This document shows, piece after piece, positions 59,736 through 64,000 of a stretch of 64,000 bases of DNA (its first letter is position 1; each line of letters opens with the position of its first letter). Both the position numbers and the translations under genes were made by a program. Where the stretch lies: positions 2,025,828 to 2,089,827 of the forward strand of contig OY762444.1 in the NCBI GenBank assembly GCA_963665735.1, in the 5' to 3' direction. The notes under the pieces are model-generated. The model ran no database searches. It worked only from the letters and a program-made list of their open reading frames with translations, and was not told the origin of the DNA. This DNA is from Dehalococcoidia bacterium. GTDB taxonomy: Bacteria > Chloroflexota > Dehalococcoidia > Lucifugimonadales > UBA3495.

Positions 59736-60530
59736 ATGGCTGATATTCAGGTGGATGGAAAGAGCGCGGAGGAGATTCTGGCTCTGCCCATGGAAGAGCG
59801 GGACGACATCATAATCTGCGAAAACATCTACAAGTGGTACGGCAATTTCTGCGCCATCCAGGACGTAAGCATGAAGGTCAAGCGGGGCGAGGTGGTGGTG
59901 GTTTTCGGGCCGTCCGGGTCGGGCAAGTCCACCTTTATCCGCATGATAAACCGGCTGGAGCAGCACCAATCGGGGCGCATCATCGTGGACGGCATCGAAA
60001 TGACCAACGACTTGCGGAACCTGGACGCCATTCGCCGGGAAGTGGGGATGGTCTTCCAGCAGTTCAACCTGTTTCCGCACATGACGGTGCTGGACAACAT
60101 TACGCTGGCGCCGCGGCGGGTGCGCCACACTCCCAGGGACGACGCCAACGCCACGGCGATGCAGCTGCTGGAACGGGTGGGAATCCCGGAGCAGGCGGCC
60201 AAGTACCCGGCGGAGCTTTCCGGCGGGCAGCAGCAGCGGGTGGCTATTGCCCGCGCGCTGGCGATGCAGCCCAACGTGATGCTGTTCGACGAGCCTACGT
60301 CGGCGCTGGACCCGGAGATGATTAAGGAAGTGCTGGACGTGATGCGGGAGTTGGCGGAGACGGGAATGACGATGATGTGCGTGACGCACGAAATGGGGTT
60401 TGCGCGGGAGGTGGCGGACCGGATGGCCTTCTTCGACGGCGGCGCGCTGGTGGAGGTGGGAACGCCGGAGCAGATTTTCAACGCGCCCCAGGAAGAGCGG
60501 ACGCAAGCGTTTTTGGACCAGATTTTGTAG
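59736..60530 (+). CDS. aapP: Amino-acid ABC ATPase (AapP/GlnQ type)
   Basis: [36 protein letters not shown]. Confidence 0.93.
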   Translation: MADIQVDGKSAEEILALPMEERDDIIICENIYKWYGNFCAIQDVSMKVKRGEVVVVFGPSGSGKSTFIRMINRLEQHQSGRIIVDGIEMTNDLRNLDAIRREVGMVFQQFNLFPHMTVLDNITLAPRRVRHTPRDDANATAMQLLERVGIPEQAAKYPAELSGGQQQRVAIARALAMQPNVMLFDEPTSALDPEMIKEVLDVMRELAETGMTMMCVTHEMGFAREVADRMAFFDGGALVEVGTPEQIFNAPQEERTQAFLDQIL

Positions 60531-60747
60531 GGGGGCTTGGATTCCGGCTTTCGCCGGGATGACGGTAGTTGCGGCAGGGGTACGGGCAGGTTGAAAATCT
60601 GGCCCACCAATTAGGCGGGGAGTTTTCGGGAATGGCGACGGCTTTGCCAATTAGGATTTCTGGATTCCGGCTTTCGCCGGAATGACGGTTAGAATTGCGA
60701 AAAGGGGAATGGCCAGAGTCGCGGGCTATTAGGGGACAGATACGGCC

Positions 60748-61008
60748 TTATTGCCGCACCAGGCCAAGGCGCTGAACATCCGCAAGAGTCCATTGAGTCT
60801 GACTCAAGAATTTCGCCAATGTTCCTACCGGAAGAGTGTCGGCCCCCCGGTGGTAGTGCAGAACCACCCTTCTGTTGCCAGAGTCCCGGTAAACCCGTTG
60901 GGAACCCCGGCTGCGGCGGGCTATAAATCCGTCCCGTTCCAACGCCCGCACCAAATCCCTGACCGGCGTATTCCTGAGCAGGAAAACCAGGTTGCCCGGA
61001 GTAGTCAC
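60748..61008 (-). CDS. hicA: HicA-family toxin
   Basis: L.RDGF...R.RGS...Y......V..H....LP.GTL..+L. Confidence 0.8.
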   Translation of the reverse strand: MTTPGNLVFLLRNTPVRDLVRALERDGFIARRSRGSQRVYRDSGNRRVVLHYHRGADTLPVGTLAKFLSQTQWTLADVQRLGLVRQ

Positions 61009-61223
61009 CCTATTACTACTTGCAAGGTCTCAATGGCCTCTATGGGAACCTCTTCGCCACACTCCAGCATATCTTCAACGACCAAATGCGCCGCATCGTG
61101 CAGAGATTGGAGAGCATCTTCCCGAGTGTACCCCCAAGTAGCGCAACCGGGCAGGGAGTCTATCCATGCGCTCCAGCGGCCGTCCTCTTCTTCTTGCAGG
61201 GAAACCCGGAAGGTGTAGGTCAT
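61005..61223 (-). CDS. hicB: HicB-family antitoxin (short, no DNA-binding domain)
   Basis: EEDG.W......LPGC.T.G.T.E.AL...... Confidence 0.88.
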   Translation of the reverse strand: MTYTFRVSLQEEEDGRWSAWIDSLPGCATWGYTREDALQSLHDAAHLVVEDMLECGEEVPIEAIETLQVVIG

Positions 61224-61580
61224 ATAGCAACGTCCTGGGAAATGACGAGGTATAGATTCAGACAAGGTTGGCAGAAGAAAAACCCGGTGTCAACGGGCCG
61301 GAAGGTTTTCGACCCCACCCCCCTTCTCCCCTTGGGGAAGGGGTTTTCTGGCGTTGCGGGCGGTGTTTTGGGCTTGGGATTTCTGGATTCCGGCTTTCGC
61401 CGGAATGACGTTGGAGGCGCAAAAAACCTTCCCCGTGACAGGGGGATTTTGGGGGTTTGGCGGGTTATGGGTTAGAACGTAGGGGCGGGTTTCAAACCCG
61501 CCCCTACGTTTTGATTGCAGGGGTTTCACCCCCACCCCAACCCTCCCCTTGCCAGGGGGAGGGGTTTCCCCGCGCCGGGG

Positions 61581-62633
61581 TTACTTGTTCTTGGTGTAAA
61601 CCTGGATGCGGGTGCGGAAGGGTTCCAGAACCAGGATGCGGCCCTCCGGGTCCACTTCCACGGCGATGGGGTGCCAGAAGAACTTTTCGCGCTCCAGGCC
61701 CCAGGCCACTTCCCGCTCCTTCCACATATAGTCGTTGGAGTCCAGCTTGGCGACGCCCCACTTGGACAGGGTGCCGTCGCCCAGGAAGGTGTGGACGTGG
61801 TTGCCGTTGGCATCGAACATCTGGAAGCGGTCGTTGGCCCAGTCGGTGACGTAGATGTCGCCGTCCTTGTCCACCGCGACGCCGGTGGGCCGGTTGAACT
61901 CGCCATGACCGCTGCCGGAGCGTCCAATCTGCATCAGGAACTCGCCGTCGGAGTTGAACTTCTGGACGCGGTCGTTGCGCCAGTCGGCGACGTAAACATT
62001 GTCTTCGGCGTCAATGGCGATACCCCAGGGGTAGTTGAACTGGCCTTCGCCGGAGCCGAGGCTGCCCCACTTGGCGAGGAATTTGCCGTCCCTGGTGAAC
62101 TTCTGGACGCGATGGTTGTCGGCGTCCACCAGGAAGAGGTTGTCCTGGCTGTCGAAGGCGATGCCGGCGGGCTTGTTGAACTCGCCGTCGCCGTCGCCAA
62201 CGGTTCCCCACTTGTAGAGGAACTCGCCGTCCTCGTTCCAGACGGAAACCCGCTGGAGCAGTTCGTCGGTGACGTAAACATTGTCCTCGCTGTCAATGGC
62301 GACGCTGCGGGGGCCGAAGATGTCGCCGTCGCCCTCGCCGCCGGTGGAGAACTGGCCGAGGAACTCTTCTTCAACGGTGAGCATGGTGATGCGCTTGAGC
62401 TCGATCCGGTACTCGTAAGAGCGGTTGGGGACGTACATACAGCCGGTGCGGGGGTTGACGGCCATGTCCACCGGGTAGCGGAAACCCTGGCCGGTCTGCT
62501 CGCCGCGGCCGATGGAGTGGCTGTAGGTCAGGGGCGGGGGCGAAGTCTGGTCGTCCACCGGCAGGACCACCTCGGGGGCGTGTTCCCGGGCCGGGCCCCA
62601 GTAATTGTCGTTGAAAACCTGTTGTGCAACCAT
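61581..62633 (-). CDS. NHL-repeat six-bladed beta-propeller protein
   Basis: Repeated GEFN.P.GIA.D...N.YV.D..N.RVQKF. Confidence 0.93.
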   Translation of the reverse strand: MVAQQVFNDNYWGPAREHAPEVVLPVDDQTSPPPLTYSHSIGRGEQTGQGFRYPVDMAVNPRTGCMYVPNRSYEYRIELKRITMLTVEEEFLGQFSTGGEGDGDIFGPRSVAIDSEDNVYVTDELLQRVSVWNEDGEFLYKWGTVGDGDGEFNKPAGIAFDSQDNLFLVDADNHRVQKFTRDGKFLAKWGSLGSGEGQFNYPWGIAIDAEDNVYVADWRNDRVQKFNSDGEFLMQIGRSGSGHGEFNRPTGVAVDKDGDIYVTDWANDRFQMFDANGNHVHTFLGDGTLSKWGVAKLDSNDYMWKEREVAWGLEREKFFWHPIAVEVDPEGRILVLEPFRTRIQVYTKNK

Positions 62634-62722
62634 TTTAACCTCACTTTGTCGAGTAATGGTCGGGAGGGGTTAGCCCCTCCCCGGCCCTCCCCCGGTTAGG
62701 GGGAGGGGACTTGGGACGGTGG

Positions 62723-63853
62723 TTAAAACAGGTCGAGTTTCTCGAAGGAGCCGTTGACGATGGGCTTGGCGTCCAGGCCCATCCAGTCCTCAAGCAGGGA
62801 GGAGTAGAGGCCCCGGAAGTCGTAGTTGAACTGGAGGTCGCCGTCGGCCTGCTTGGCCGGGTCAAGGGAGGGGTATTCGGAGTAGAGGCCGCCCTTGACG
62901 TTATCGCCCACCACCAGGGCGCAGCCGCCGGTGCCGTGGTCGGTGCCGGAGCCGTTGTCCCGGACGCGCCGCCCGAACTCGGTGAAGATGAGCATGGTCA
63001 CGTTGTCGCCCAGGTCGTGTTCGTGCAGGTCGTCGAAGAAGTCCTGGACGTAGTTGGAAACGTCGCTCCACAGGGACGCCTGCAAGGTCAGGGCGCTGCC
63101 GTGGAGGTCGAAGCTGTTGTACGGCGAGGTGGTGTAGAGGATGCGGGTGCCCACGTCGCCGATGATGGTCTGGGCCATCATGCGGACGTAGCGGGCCACC
63201 GGGTTGTTGCCGTACTCCACGCTGGACTCGTACATATCCGGCACGGTCTTGAGGATGTCGGCGCCCTTGAAGGCGTCCATGCCCGTCTGGGACAGGTAAT
63301 CGTAGGTGAAGGTGCCGCCCAGGGTGGGGGAGTAGATGCGGCTGAAGGTGTCCAGAGCGGTGGCGCGCTCTTCGTCCTCAATGCCGGTCAGCAGGCCGTA
63401 GGTGGCCAAGTTGCCGACGGAGGCGACGGGAACGCCGGGGAGGGCCAGGGCGTGGGGAAGGCCGCGCCCGAAGTTGACGCCGGTCAGCACGTTTTCCTTG
63501 TTGGGGTCAATGTCGCGGATGGTGCGGCCCAGCCAGCCCTCGGTGGCGAGGATGTCGGGTTCGCAGGTGTGCCAAACGTCCATTGACCGGAAGTGGGAGC
63601 GGTTGCAGTTGGGGAAACCGACTCCCTGGATAACCGCCACCTTGCCCTCGTCGTAGAGGTTCTTCAAGGGGCCCATGCTGGGGTGGAAACCCACCTTGTC
63701 GTCCAGGGCCAGGACGGACTCGGCGGGGATACCCAAGCTGGGGCGCTCATCGTAGTAGTGGGGGTCGCCGTAAGGCACCACGGTGTTGATGCCGTCGTTG
63801 CCGCCGGACAACTGGACTACTACCAGTATGGGGTCTTTCTTGGTAGAGGTCAT
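62723..63853 (-). CDS. DUF1501 family protein
   Basis: QLSGGNDG.N.VVP, RSHFRS...W, GWLGR, FD.H, EFGR...N.SGTDHG; GGAGG RBS before ATG 63853. Confidence 0.92.
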   Translation of the reverse strand: MTSTKKDPILVVVQLSGGNDGINTVVPYGDPHYYDERPSLGIPAESVLALDDKVGFHPSMGPLKNLYDEGKVAVIQGVGFPNCNRSHFRSMDVWHTCEPDILATEGWLGRTIRDIDPNKENVLTGVNFGRGLPHALALPGVPVASVGNLATYGLLTGIEDEERATALDTFSRIYSPTLGGTFTYDYLSQTGMDAFKGADILKTVPDMYESSVEYGNNPVARYVRMMAQTIIGDVGTRILYTTSPYNSFDLHGSALTLQASLWSDVSNYVQDFFDDLHEHDLGDNVTMLIFTEFGRRVRDNGSGTDHGTGGCALVVGDNVKGGLYSEYPSLDPAKQADGDLQFNYDFRGLYSSLLEDWMGLDAKPIVNGSFEKLDLF

Positions 63854-63947
63854 TGCTTTCCCTCCTTTACAGGTTTGCGGGGTTGGAACCCGGCCTTTCC
63901 ATTGCTGACAGGGAAGGCCGGGGCCGTTCCGTAGCCGACTGGTTCGC

Positions 63948-64000
63948 CTAGACGAACTGGAAGTCCTGGGTGGAGACAATCATCTGGAGCATCTGGGCGA
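63948..64000 (-). CDS. C-terminus of a probable DUF1800 protein (partial)
   Basis: ...QMLQMIVSTQDFQFV* (LI.S.P.FQ-like ending) directly upstream of DUF1501. Confidence 0.6.
   Translation of the reverse strand, partial: AQMLQMIVSTQDFQFV

Noticed and set aside
63880-63925. Hairpin between the DUF1800 and DUF1501 genes as a riboswitch
   Set aside because: Single stem with no recognisable aptamer consensus

Overview
GC-rich bacterial chromosome window. The gene content (LLM oxidoreductase, PrpD, TPP enzyme, Uma2 proteins, lipoproteins with Pro/Thr linkers, DUF1800/DUF1501) suggests Chloroflexota, possibly Dehalococcoidia/SAR202-like; this is inference. It holds about 45 CDS and four tRNAs (Leu-GAG, Cys-GCA, Leu-TAA, Lys-TTT). 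Recognisable clusters are tkt-tal-pgi-DUF2090-gnd, an AapJQMP-type amino-acid ABC transporter and hicB-hicA. A ~10 kb accessory block (COG0523 GTPase, WD40 protein, ATPase-less family-5 ABC transporter, integrase/XRE/IS remnants) is bracketed by a ~230 bp duplicated gene end. Most intergenic spaces carry mosaics of short palindromic REP/dRS3-like repeats and MITEs. The main candidates for undescribed systems are three. (1) Two NCS2 permeases fused to degenerate RsbW-like (HATPase_c) domains, one divergent from a lipoprotein made only of eight tandem Cache domains. (2) A Ppx/GppA gene followed by two dissimilar thymidylate-kinase-fold genes. (3) A voltage-gated channel with a TLEGW filter. All calls come from reading motifs by eye; no database searches were run.
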